Assembly (NCBI GenBank): GCA_964564665.1
Contig: CAZMBA010000016.1
Location: 1-34,295, forward strand
Length of the DNA stretch: 34,295 bases
Source of the DNA: an uncultured Candidatus Nitrosopelagicus sp.
Lineage (GTDB): Archaea; Thermoproteota; Nitrososphaeria; Nitrososphaerales; Nitrosopumilaceae
Direction of reading: 5' to 3'
Position numbers and translations under genes: made by a program. Position 1 is the first letter of the stretch. Each line of letters starts with the position of its first letter. Shown piece by piece: positions 20,150 to 29,082 of this stretch. The notes under the pieces were generated by a model that was not told where the DNA came from, did not search any database, and was given only the letters and a program-made list of their open reading frames with translations.

Positions 20150-20202
20150 GATTATTGCTATAATTGGTCAAAAAATATATGTTATACAGTTCTGATATGT
20201 GT

Positions 20203-20496
20203 ATGGCAGAATCAATCTCAAAAGATCAATTAAAAGAAACTCTAAACGAATATGTGATAATTGATGTCAGAGAACCAGATGAAATTGAGAATGGTATAAT
20301 TGAAAATTCGCGAAATATGCCACTGGGATTAGCTATTCGAAATGCAAAAAAGGGTAATATTGAAGAATTAAGAGACAGGAAAATCTGTGTTTACTGCGCG
20401 TCTGGATATCGTGGGAATATAGCTGCAGATGAATTAGCAAAAGCAGGTTTTTCCGCAGTAAACCTGAAAGGCGGTTATATGGCATGGACTGGATAA
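20203..20496 (+). CDS. Single-domain rhodanese-like protein
   Basis: IDVREPDE, YCASGYRG, LKGGYMAW. Confidence 0.9.
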   Translation: MAESISKDQLKETLNEYVIIDVREPDEIENGIIENSRNMPLGLAIRNAKKGNIEELRDRKICVYCASGYRGNIAADELAKAGFSAVNLKGGYMAWTG

Positions 20497-20594
20497 TAAA
20501 CTGAATAACTGAAAAATTTTTAGAAAGAAAATAAATAAAAAATCAGATCCAATCAATCAGATTGCTTATATACACCGTTTCGCTACCTGTACTA

Positions 20595-21074
20595 GTGAAT
20601 CTCAAACACAAAAGCACATTACCAATATTGGCAAGTATGATGCTAGTAGCATCATTAGTATATGCTCCAGCAGCATTTGCAGCTGAAGGATTGTCAATAG
20701 AAGCAGATGCTGTTGAAGGTTCAACAACAATCACCATCACAGGAACCGCTAGTTCTTCTGGTGCCATAACACTAATGGTTATTGCGCCAAATGGGAATGT
20801 AGTTGCTGTTGATCAGCTTAGCGCTGGCTCTGATGGTTCATTCTCTTCGACAATACAGGTTGGCGGTCCATTATGGAGCCAAGATGGTGTTTATACAATA
20901 AACGCTCAGCAAGGCTCTGCGGCAATCAATAAAGATTCTGTTGAGGTAGAAATTGCTGAAGGTGCGGTAGTACCGGAATTTGGTACAATAGCATCACTAG
21001 TTCTAGTTGTTGCAATTACTTCAATTGTAATACTATCTGCAAAAGGCAGACTTAGTTTCACACCTAGAATCTAA
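20595..21074 (+). CDS. PEFG-CTERM sorting-signal surface protein
   Basis: Signal peptide ending AFA, Ig-like domain, C-terminal VPEFG + TM + basic tail; TTATATA at 20566-20572 supports GTG start at 20595. Confidence 0.9.
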   Translation: MNLKHKSTLPILASMMLVASLVYAPAAFAAEGLSIEADAVEGSTTITITGTASSSGAITLMVIAPNGNVVAVDQLSAGSDGSFSSTIQVGGPLWSQDGVYTINAQQGSAAINKDSVEVEIAEGAVVPEFGTIASLVLVVAITSIVILSAKGRLSFTPRI

Positions 21075-21084
21075 CCTGTCACCG

Positions 21085-21101
21085 CTTTTTCTTTCATTTT
21101 T
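21085..21101 (+). terminator. Putative oligo(T) archaeal terminator
   Basis: CTTTTTCTTTCATTTTT just after the PEFG gene stop. Confidence 0.4.
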
Positions 21102-21151
21102 ACTAACGTTAGTTAAGCTTCATAATACCCACCTTAGTAAAAATATTAAAT

Positions 21152-21811
21152 TTGGATATAGAAAAATTTCAAAATGATGTTTATGCAATTAGCGAACTTC
21201 TTTCAGCTCAACTGGATGAAGAGAATGTGCCAAAACTCAATTTTGTTCGTCAAAGGCTAATTGACATGTATAAGGAAAATTTGGTAAAAATAAACCACTC
21301 AGTTCTAGAAATAATATGTGCGTCAGAACTAATTGCACACGGTTATTCAGTTGACGTCGAAAAATCTGTCTCAAATTTACTTACATGTGATATTTTTGCA
21401 GCCAAAGGTGAAAATACAGCCATAATAGAAATTGAGACTGGATTTACTCCTCCCGAGCATGCACTAGACACGGTTGATTACTATGCAGCAAGAATTCTGA
21501 GCAAAATTGCCAGATATAGTCAGCATTGTGTAAAGTTCTCACTTGCTACACCAGTTGTTAATGTCTTACCAATTTCAAAATTATTTCTTCTACCACCAAA
21601 TGCAAGAAAAAATGAAGATGTGACGAGATTGAAAAATCTTTGTGACAGATTCTACAAAAACCCCAAGATCAAATTTGAAGATATCCTAAATGCGCGTATT
21701 CATTCAATATATCTCATAAATACAGATAAGGGATTTGCAAAAGAATTAGATCCAGAAGCATATCTTGAGATGACAAAAGAAATAATATCTAACAGTGAAA
21801 TTGATCTTTAA
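21152..21811 (+). CDS. Hypothetical protein with PD-(D/E)XK-like motif
   Basis: GYSVDVE...CDIFAAK....IIEIETG. Confidence 0.65.
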   Translation: MDIEKFQNDVYAISELLSAQLDEENVPKLNFVRQRLIDMYKENLVKINHSVLEIICASELIAHGYSVDVEKSVSNLLTCDIFAAKGENTAIIEIETGFTPPEHALDTVDYYAARILSKIARYSQHCVKFSLATPVVNVLPISKLFLLPPNARKNEDVTRLKNLCDRFYKNPKIKFEDILNARIHSIYLINTDKGFAKELDPEAYLEMTKEIISNSEIDL

Positions 21812-21876
21812 ATTTTTCAGAAAGATGATCATTTTCTCATAAGGTTTAATACATGTTCATCTAGGACTATCGCCAT

Positions 21877-24072
21877 ATGACTAAATACAAGTCCACTGAA
21901 CAAGTAATGAAAATCATAAGCGATAAAAATAAGATCCGAAATTTTGGTGTAATCGCTCACGTAGATCATGGTAAGACCACAATGAGTGATAGTCTTTTGG
22001 CACATTCCGGAATCATTTCGCCATCTACAGCTGGTACTGCACTTGCTATGGATTCAATGAAGGCAGAACAGGAAAGAGGAATTACTATCGTTCAAGCAAA
22101 TGTCACATTACATTATCAGGAAGGAGAAAATGATTACGTCATTAATATGATTGATACACCAGGACATGTTGATTTCTCTGGACGTGTAATTCGAAGTCTT
22201 AGAGCAATCGACGGTTCAGTTGTTGTATGTGATGCGGTTGAGGGAATCATGACCCAAACTGAGACTGTTACTAGAATGTCTCTTGAGGAAAGAGTGAGAC
22301 CTGTTCTGTATATTAACAAAATTGACCGGTTAATCAAGGAACTAAGATTAACACCTGAAAAGATGCAAGAAACACTTGCAAATGTTGTATCTAACTTTAA
22401 CGAATTAATAGATACGTACGCTGAAGACGAGTATAAAGAAAAATGGAAAGTCTCTATCCAGGACGGTAGCGTCACTTTTGGCTCTGCAAAAGATCGATGG
22501 GCAATTAACGTTGATATTATGCAGAAAAAAGGCGTCACCTTCAAAGATGTAATTGATGCATATTCTGATTCTGGTAAAGTTGAAGACTTGGTCGAGAAGG
22601 CACCACTTGCTGACGCTGTTTTAGGAATGGTTGTAAAACATCACCCACCACCACATGTAGCGCAAAAATACAGAGTACCAAAAATCTGGAAGGGTGATTT
22701 AGATTCTGATATTGGAAAATCTATTCTCAACTGTGATGATAATGGCCCAACCGTAATGATGATTGTTAATATGACAATTGATCCTGCTGCAGGACCTGTT
22801 GCAATAGGCAGATTATTTTCAGGTACGATAAAAGATGGCCAAACAATTAACATTATTGATTCAAAACGTGAAGGAAGAGTTCAGTCAGTTAACTTTTTCA
22901 TGTCAAATGTAAGAGAGCAAGTTGGTGAGCTATCAGCTGGCAACATCCCTGCATTATTAGGATTAACTGAGGCTCGTGCAGGACAAACAATCTCTAGCAT
23001 AAAAGACACTGCAGTGTTTGAAGCATCAAAGTATGTTTCTGAACCAGTTGTTCAAATGGCAATAGAGCCAAAACATCCAAAAGATCTTCCAAAACTTGTT
23101 GAAGTGTTAAGGAAACTTACAATTGAGGATCCAAACCTCGTGATAAAAATTGACGAAGAAAGCGGTGAGACAATTATGGCAGGAATGGGCGTATTACATC
23201 TTGATGTTGCGGTGAATCTTATCAGGGATGCAAAAGTTGAGATAGTTACCTCCGAACCATTAATAAATTACAGAGAGACTATTACTGGCTCATGTGAAGC
23301 AGTAATGGCAAAATCTCCAAACCGTCACAATAAGATATTCATGCGGGTAGAACCATTAGAGCCTGAAATTGCTGAGATGTGTAGAAATGGCACATTAAGT
23401 GATATGAAGGATAAGAAAGAAGTAGCACAACTTTTGCGTGATCAGGGATGGGAACCAGATGTTGCAAAAAAGGTAATGAAATTCGACTCCCGTGGAAATG
23501 TAATGATTAACGGTACAAGAGGTGTGCAGTTTGTTGATGAATCAACTGACTCACTCCTATCCGGTTTTGAAGAAGTCATGAGTGAAGGTGGACTTACAAA
23601 AGAGCAGGTTAGAGATTGTAAATTCACATTCACACACTTTGTTCCTCACGAGGATACAGCCCATAGGGGCTTATCACAACTTGGCCCTGCATCAAGAAGA
23701 GCTTGTTTGGCAGCATTTTTATCAGCAGGTCCTATGATTCTTGAACCAATGCTTGCAATTGAAGTTCGCGTTCCAACTGATCTAATTGGTAACGTATCAA
23801 GTGTTTTACAGGGAAAACGAGGAAAAGTATTAGATATGCAACAAAAAGGTGCAACTAGTATTGTAATTGGTGAGGTCCCCGCAGTAGAAACATTCGATAT
23901 TTCTGAAAAGATGAGAGGCCAAACTGCTGGCAAAGCAATGTGGAATACCCATTTCAAAGCATGGACACAAGTTCCTAAATCTATTGCATCTACACTAACT
24001 CAGGAAATAAGAAAGCGAAAAGGTCTACCACCAGATCCCCCAGAGGCATCTGAGTTTATTGATAGAGACTAG
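21877..24072 (+). CDS. fusA: Translation elongation factor EF-2
   Basis: AHVDHGKTT, RGITI, DTPGHVDF, NKID, diphthamide loop HEDTAHRG. Confidence 0.97.
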   Translation: MTKYKSTEQVMKIISDKNKIRNFGVIAHVDHGKTTMSDSLLAHSGIISPSTAGTALAMDSMKAEQERGITIVQANVTLHYQEGENDYVINMIDTPGHVDFSGRVIRSLRAIDGSVVVCDAVEGIMTQTETVTRMSLEERVRPVLYINKIDRLIKELRLTPEKMQETLANVVSNFNELIDTYAEDEYKEKWKVSIQDGSVTFGSAKDRWAINVDIMQKKGVTFKDVIDAYSDSGKVEDLVEKAPLADAVLGMVVKHHPPPHVAQKYRVPKIWKGDLDSDIGKSILNCDDNGPTVMMIVNMTIDPAAGPVAIGRLFSGTIKDGQTINIIDSKREGRVQSVNFFMSNVREQVGELSAGNIPALLGLTEARAGQTISSIKDTAVFEASKYVSEPVVQMAIEPKHPKDLPKLVEVLRKLTIEDPNLVIKIDEESGETIMAGMGVLHLDVAVNLIRDAKVEIVTSEPLINYRETITGSCEAVMAKSPNRHNKIFMRVEPLEPEIAEMCRNGTLSDMKDKKEVAQLLRDQGWEPDVAKKVMKFDSRGNVMINGTRGVQFVDESTDSLLSGFEEVMSEGGLTKEQVRDCKFTFTHFVPHEDTAHRGLSQLGPASRRACLAAFLSAGPMILEPMLAIEVRVPTDLIGNVSSVLQGKRGKVLDMQQKGATSIVIGEVPAVETFDISEKMRGQTAGKAMWNTHFKAWTQVPKSIASTLTQEIRKRKGLPPDPPEASEFIDRD

Positions 24073-24076
24073 TCTT

Positions 24077-24274
24077 ATGGTAAAAACACAAACATTTGAC
24101 GCAGGTACTTTTTGGAAAAACGCATATGCACACCAACGTGGAAAATTACTCAAAAAAATAAATGTGTCAGAGGAACAGATCAAGGAACTTGTCAATAAGC
24201 CATACATCGAATTATCATCGGCATTACGATTTGAAATTGAGACTAGTGATGTCCAAAAATCAGATCTAATCTAG
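24077..24274 (+). CDS. Small hypothetical protein
   Basis: ATG 4 nt after the fusA stop; MVKTQTFDAGTFWKNAYAHQRG... Confidence 0.7.
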   Translation: MVKTQTFDAGTFWKNAYAHQRGKLLKKINVSEEQIKELVNKPYIELSSALRFEIETSDVQKSDLI

Positions 24275-24292
24275 CATTTTGAAAGTATTTTT

Positions 24293-24436
24293 TTATTCCG
24301 TGTTTCTTAATGTCACTAAAATAAATGACATTTCTTTGAGGAATTCATATTCACCTTTAGACCATGAAGAATACTTTGTTGCATTATCCCAGAACTCGTT
24401 TTTACCGTTTGAACTCATTTCAATTATTTCGGGCAT
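24293..24436 (-). CDS. Possible 47-aa small protein (not in ORF track)
   Basis: MPEIIEMSSNGKNEFWDNATKYSSWSKGEYEFLKEMSFILVTLRNTE; more protein-like than the + strand ORF here. Confidence 0.45.
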   Translation of the reverse strand: MPEIIEMSSNGKNEFWDNATKYSSWSKGEYEFLKEMSFILVTLRNTE

Positions 24437-24600
24437 GAAATTGATTCAAGAATTTGGTATAATATCCAAGTTGCCTTGATTGCTTAACAAAAATACTCAA
24501 AAAAATTGATCCATTCAAGAACAAAATGAAAAATTTGTAAACTAAGAGTCAATATAATACGAATACCATAACTTTTACCATAATTTAGGTATAAAATATC

Positions 24601-24732
24601 ATGAAAGCTCGCTATGCTGGAAAGTGCAGTAGTTGTGGAGATGACATCAAAATAGGCAAGGAAATATCAAAAAACTCAGATGATATTTGGGTTCACAAAC
24701 ATTGTATTGATGAAACAATGGATCTACCTTAA
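24601..24732 (+). CDS. 43-aa Zn-finger-like protein (not in ORF track)
   Basis: MKARYAGKCSSCGDDIKIGKEISKNSDDIWVHKHCIDETMDLP: CxxC...HxxC. Confidence 0.75.
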   Translation: MKARYAGKCSSCGDDIKIGKEISKNSDDIWVHKHCIDETMDLP

Positions 24733-24763
24733 ATCATATATTCATAGCATCTAAAATTCCATC

Positions 24764-25591
24764 ATGCCAATTAATTTCTTTGAGATGCTTTTATGGACTT
24801 TTCGAAGAAATGAAAATGATGTTGTAAATCTATATGATTCATTGTCACCGATCATGCAGTTATCTACTGGTAGTGATATGCTAAACTTTGGTTTTTGGGA
24901 TAAATCTACATCCACACCTATAGAGGCTCAAAATAATCTGTGTGATTTTGCTGGTAAATTTGCTAGCCTATCGGAAGCAAAATCATTGATTGATGTTGGT
25001 AGTGGGGTTCTAGGACCGGCAAAGAAATGGCATGTTGATTATCCCAATTTAGAAATATTTGCAGTTAACATCAATTATAATCAATTAAGAGCATCTGACT
25101 CGGAAACTATTGAAAAACTAAACTCCACATCAAGATTTATGCCATTTAGCAGCAAATCAGTTGAGCGAATAATTGCACTGGAATCTGCACAGCACTTTAA
25201 ACCACTAGATGATTTTCTCCTCGAATCAAAAAGAATTCTAAAAGATGATGGCATCCTACTTTTGGCAATACCAATTGTGAAGAAAAGTATGTCAGCAATT
25301 AATGATTTAGGAATTCTTTCCTTTACCTGGTCCTCAGAACATTACACCATGGAGATTCTTACTTCAAAAATTCAAGCTTCAGGATTCTCAATAGTTGAGT
25401 CACAAAAAATAGGATCAGATGTGTATGTTCCTTTAGCAAATTATTACTTTGATCACAGAAAAGAGTTACAAGAAAAGATCAAAACAAAATATTCTTCAGC
25501 AACTGAAAAAATTCTCTATAGATCATTAAAAAAAATGCTAGATTCTTCAGAAAGGGGCTTGATCGATTATGTGTTCCTCAAATGTAAATAA
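24764..25591 (+). CDS. Class I SAM-dependent methyltransferase (tocopherol/sterol/quinone MT-like)
   Basis: MLNFGFW, LIDVGSG, ALESAQHF, RILKDDG. Confidence 0.85.
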   Translation: MPINFFEMLLWTFRRNENDVVNLYDSLSPIMQLSTGSDMLNFGFWDKSTSTPIEAQNNLCDFAGKFASLSEAKSLIDVGSGVLGPAKKWHVDYPNLEIFAVNINYNQLRASDSETIEKLNSTSRFMPFSSKSVERIIALESAQHFKPLDDFLLESKRILKDDGILLLAIPIVKKSMSAINDLGILSFTWSSEHYTMEILTSKIQASGFSIVESQKIGSDVYVPLANYYFDHRKELQEKIKTKYSSATEKILYRSLKKMLDSSERGLIDYVFLKCK

Positions 25592-25592
25592 A

Positions 25593-25647
25593 TTAGCACT
25601 AGAATAAAATATTGTCACTAGTTTATATTCAACTTCAGTGCACTATC
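25593..25647 (+). promoter_or_regulatory. Putative operator, site 1 (three CACTA cores around a TATA box)
   Basis: TTAGCACTAG 25593-25602, GTCACTAGT 25614-25622, TTTATATT 25622-25629, GCACTATC 25640-25647. Confidence 0.6.
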
Positions 25648-25650
25648 TGC

Positions 25651-25887
25651 ATGGGAGCATCATGCAAAGGGGTATGTGTACTAAGCAAAGTTACCAAAAT
25701 ACCAAATTCGCAAAAATACCAATTTGGGCTAAAGCGCTGTAGCTGGTGCGAAGTTTGGCTTGATACCAGTGAAATCAGGTGTAAATGCTGCAAAATGATT
25801 CTAAGAACTAAATCACGAAACAAGAAAAAACAATCATCCAAGACTAGAATTTCAAACCTGGGAGAGAATGTTGCACTCGTGGCATGA
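25651..25887 (+). CDS. Small basic Cys-rich Zn-finger protein
   Basis: MGASCKGVC...KRCSWC...RCKCC...LRTKSR; ATG about 22 nt after the TATA box. Confidence 0.75.
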   Translation: MGASCKGVCVLSKVTKIPNSQKYQFGLKRCSWCEVWLDTSEIRCKCCKMILRTKSRNKKKQSSKTRISNLGENVALVA

Positions 25888-25917
25888 AATATTAGCCTAA
25901 TGAATGTCCTGATTTGA

Positions 25918-27267
25918 ATGGAATCTACAACTAACCACCAAGCAGTAATCATTGGAGCTGGTGTTGGTGGCCTTTCAATTTCGACGTTACTTGTCAATGA
26001 CGGATATAAAATTCAAATTTTTGAAAAATCGAGTAAATTAGGTGGCAGAACTGCATCAACAGAATTTAAGAATCACATATTAGATAACGGATTTCATATA
26101 ATGCCTTTTTACAAAAAATCAGCCATATATGATATATTCAAATCAGCTAACATTATCTCGAGATTAAAACTAGCGATAGTTGACGACATAGCATTCTATA
26201 ACGGGAATTTTCATCGATATCCAAAAGGAATAGGGGATATTTTGAAAATGTCACTCATACCACTAAAAAGTAGATTTTCATTACTCAAAATTTTATTACC
26301 TATGGCTTTTACCAACATGGAAAAAACAGAAGAGTTGGACCTAACACCGTTAACTGAAGTTACAAAAAAGCTTGACAGTCATTCCAAAAACTTCTTTGAT
26401 GCAGTTTGCATGTTAGCATTTGCTGACACTACTGATCACATATCATTGGGAGAATTTGCTAGAACCATAATACGTGCTAATCCTTTCAAAGGTGGAACAA
26501 GTGAATTTGCATATCCAGATATGGGTGGCTATGATCGAATTTCACAAGTAATGGGTGAGTTCATAGAAGAGAGCGGTTCTACAGTTAATGTCAATACATC
26601 AATCAAAAAGGTACTGGTGAAGGATTCAGCAGTTACCGGCGTATTACTTTCTGATGATAAAGTAATAGAATCAAACTGTGTAATAATATCATATCCTGCA
26701 TATCATGCAATTAATCAGTTATTTGATCAAGGAGTATTCGATGAAAAGTTTATTCAACATATAAACAGACTAAATAAAACCACATCTGTCGTAGAGGTTC
26801 ATTTTGCACTATCAAAGCAAATTGATACTAGACAAGTAGTTTTTCCAGTTGGTGATAATTATACATCAAAGGGTATTTTCTTCATATCTAACATAACCCC
26901 ATCGGTTTCGCCCAAAGGTGAGCATCTCATAATTGTTGGGACGCCTGTAAAGCCTGATGAAACAGATAATCGAGAAAGAATCAATGAGATTGTCTTGAAC
27001 ATGAAAAAAGAGCTATCAATGATTTATCCTGATTTTAATGACTCACTTTTGTGGGAAAGACCTATGGCTTGGAAGCTAGTAGAATCCGTTGTAAAAGAAC
27101 CAGGGTTAGTCTGGAAAAATAAAATGCCACACTCTGTACCACATGTAAGAGGATTATTTTTTGTTGGTGATTCTACTATAAGCTATGGAATTGGTACTGA
27201 TTCAGCAGCACACAGTGCAATATTGGCACATCCAGAAATTGTGAAATTTATAAAAAATCATAGTTAA
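25918..27267 (+). CDS. FAD-dependent oxidoreductase, phytoene desaturase/amine oxidase superfamily
   Basis: IIGAGVGGL, FEKSSKLGGR, LDNGFH, YPDMGG, C-terminal GLFFVGDST. Confidence 0.85.
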   Translation: MESTTNHQAVIIGAGVGGLSISTLLVNDGYKIQIFEKSSKLGGRTASTEFKNHILDNGFHIMPFYKKSAIYDIFKSANIISRLKLAIVDDIAFYNGNFHRYPKGIGDILKMSLIPLKSRFSLLKILLPMAFTNMEKTEELDLTPLTEVTKKLDSHSKNFFDAVCMLAFADTTDHISLGEFARTIIRANPFKGGTSEFAYPDMGGYDRISQVMGEFIEESGSTVNVNTSIKKVLVKDSAVTGVLLSDDKVIESNCVIISYPAYHAINQLFDQGVFDEKFIQHINRLNKTTSVVEVHFALSKQIDTRQVVFPVGDNYTSKGIFFISNITPSVSPKGEHLIIVGTPVKPDETDNRERINEIVLNMKKELSMIYPDFNDSLLWERPMAWKLVESVVKEPGLVWKNKMPHSVPHVRGLFFVGDSTISYGIGTDSAAHSAILAHPEIVKFIKNHS

Positions 27268-27698
27268 ACTTTTGATTTTGCATAACTAACAAATTCATTC
27301 ATTACGGTATCCATACTTTGCTTGATCTTTCCTTTGGCAAATGCACCCATAATTTTTAGTCCACCATGTAAAACAAAATCTACATTTATTGTGATTTTAG
27401 TTCTTTCACCTTCAATCTCATATTTTTCATCAAAAATACTGCCACGTGCTTGTCCATCAAGCATTTTTACAATATGTCTATCTGGTTTTTTTACTCTGTG
27501 TTCTGTTAATACGTTTACGGTTCTACCTAAAAACTGAATTGTTTCTTGAATTATGGTAACGTCACCATTTTTTTCAATTATATTTAGATGTTTGAAATAG
27601 TCAGGTAAAATTTTTGTAAAGTTTTCATAGTCAGTACTTATTTGAAAAATTAGATCCCTTTCTACATCAACGATTTTTTCAAATTCAAATTTTGGCAA
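27264..27698 (-). CDS. SRPBCC/START (polyketide cyclase/Coq10-like) lipid-binding protein
   Basis: IFQISTDYENFTKILP, beta strands, long C-terminal helix. Confidence 0.8.
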   Translation of the reverse strand: MPKFEFEKIVDVERDLIFQISTDYENFTKILPDYFKHLNIIEKNGDVTIIQETIQFLGRTVNVLTEHRVKKPDRHIVKMLDGQARGSIFDEKYEIEGERTKITINVDFVLHGGLKIMGAFAKGKIKQSMDTVMNEFVSYAKSKV

Positions 27699-27748
27699 TA
27701 CTATCGACCTTGTAATTTCTCAATTAAACTAAACTTCATATGATAGAT

Positions 27749-27779
27749 GTTAGCACTAGTGGAATAGCTAGGCACTATC
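27749..27779 (+). promoter_or_regulatory. Putative operator, site 2
   Basis: GTTAGCACTAGT-N8-TAGGCACTATC in a divergent promoter region, next to ATATATAT (27781-27788). Confidence 0.65.
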
Positions 27780-27810
27780 CATATATATGATAAATCGGAT
27801 TTTTTTATTA

Positions 27811-28779
27811 TTGAAATTACTACTAGGAGGAATTGTATCTGTTCTATTATTGACTACGATGGCAACTAGTATTGAGGCTGCAAGCGTTCCAGAGTGGGTA
27901 AAAAACAACGCAGGTTGGTGGGCAGAAGGCGCAATAGGCGATTCTGATTTTATAGCAGGTATTCAATACTTGATTGAAGAAGGAATAATCACGGTACCAT
28001 CAACAACTAGAAGCGCTTCAACATCAGATAGTATACCAGATTGGATAAAAAACAACGCAGGCTGGTGGGCAGATGGAACCATCTCGGAAAATGATTTTCT
28101 TAACGGAATACAATATTTGATAAAGATGGGCATTATGCAAGTAAGTGCGACTGCAGTAGGCGATGACATGTCAGCACCATCTCAATATCAATCCTCTAAC
28201 GACACAAAAGATCAACAGCAATCATCTGGAGGTGACTTGGAAAAAATGCTTGCATCTTGTGAAGGTGCAGAAAATGCCAGAGAAGTCCGTGATTGTCAAA
28301 AAGCAGTTAAAGAGAAATACATTTTAGATCAATACAAAGCTAATTCTGATGTCTATCAATTAGGCCCAGTCACATATTACTATGCATCAGATTGGCAAGA
28401 GGAAACTCGAAAAGGAGTAAAGCAGTTCAATAATGTCGCATACACAGCAACTGGTCAAGCATTATTAAATGTCAAAGTTCTAGCTGAAAACACAGGATCA
28501 TCAGATAATGTTTCAATGATGTGTACTAGTCCAGCCATTTGTAATTACTCAGTATGGGATGGTGGGCATAAATGGGTAAACTCTGGTTCTGATTTTACAT
28601 CAGGTAGTATTGTATTAAAACCAGATCAAAATAGATTCTTAAATATTCTGTGGGGTCCAGCAATAGGTTATGGAAGTTATGAAGACTTTCTTTATGACTC
28701 TGGAAAGGACTATTACTTGAGAATTTCGGAGCCATTTGGAAAGCTGGACATACCATTGAAATTAGTTGTCGTACCCTGA
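27811..28779 (+). CDS. Secreted protein with two thaumarchaeal PxWxKNNAGWW repeats
   Basis: Signal peptide; VPEWVKNNAGWWAEG and IPDWIKNNAGWWADG; start may be 27787 or 27811. Confidence 0.8.
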   Translation: MKLLLGGIVSVLLLTTMATSIEAASVPEWVKNNAGWWAEGAIGDSDFIAGIQYLIEEGIITVPSTTRSASTSDSIPDWIKNNAGWWADGTISENDFLNGIQYLIKMGIMQVSATAVGDDMSAPSQYQSSNDTKDQQQSSGGDLEKMLASCEGAENAREVRDCQKAVKEKYILDQYKANSDVYQLGPVTYYYASDWQEETRKGVKQFNNVAYTATGQALLNVKVLAENTGSSDNVSMMCTSPAICNYSVWDGGHKWVNSGSDFTSGSIVLKPDQNRFLNILWGPAIGYGSYEDFLYDSGKDYYLRISEPFGKLDIPLKLVVVP

Positions 28780-28794
28780 TCCTATTTTTTAACT

Positions 28795-29082
28795 ATGACT
28801 GATATAATTTGGGGAAATGTTACAAAAATTATTTCGAGAAATACATTTGAGCTTAGTGTAACACATCAAAAAGAAGAGAATCAGGAAACATATTCAGGAA
28901 TTGAAATTATAGAATTTACTGAGACTGATATCATGAGTATACCTGCAGATGAGAGTTCTAGAGATATCACACATCTTGAGCAGAGCCTAAAAGACAAGTT
29001 CATCAGATGCGATATTTCAAGTAGAAATAATCAAAACCAACTGATCTGTAAGGTTTCGCATTCAGGTGCAGGTGGCTATTAA
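28795..29082 (+). CDS. Hypothetical protein, thermonuclease (SNase)-like fold without catalytic residues
   Basis: GNVTKIISRNTFEL...LEQSLKDKFIRC...QLICKV pattern. Confidence 0.55.
   Translation: MTDIIWGNVTKIISRNTFELSVTHQKEENQETYSGIEIIEFTETDIMSIPADESSRDITHLEQSLKDKFIRCDISSRNNQNQLICKVSHSGAGGY

Noticed and set aside
21102-21113. 12-bp palindrome ACTAACGTTAGT
   Set aside because: Single short occurrence in AT-rich DNA; cannot be distinguished from chance
21862-21871. TAGGACTATC upstream of fusA, similar to TAGGCACTATC
   Set aside because: Lacks a core base and the GTTAGCACTA partner; probably chance
24279-24479. 66-aa + strand ORF
   Set aside because: TTG start and antisense-like composition; the minus-strand 47-aa ORF is more plausible
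25635-25997. 120-aa minus-strand ORF
   Set aside because: Overlaps two well-supported + strand genes
25918-27267. Naming the oxidoreductase crtI
   Set aside because: Only superfamily-level motifs are visible and no phytoene synthase is in the window
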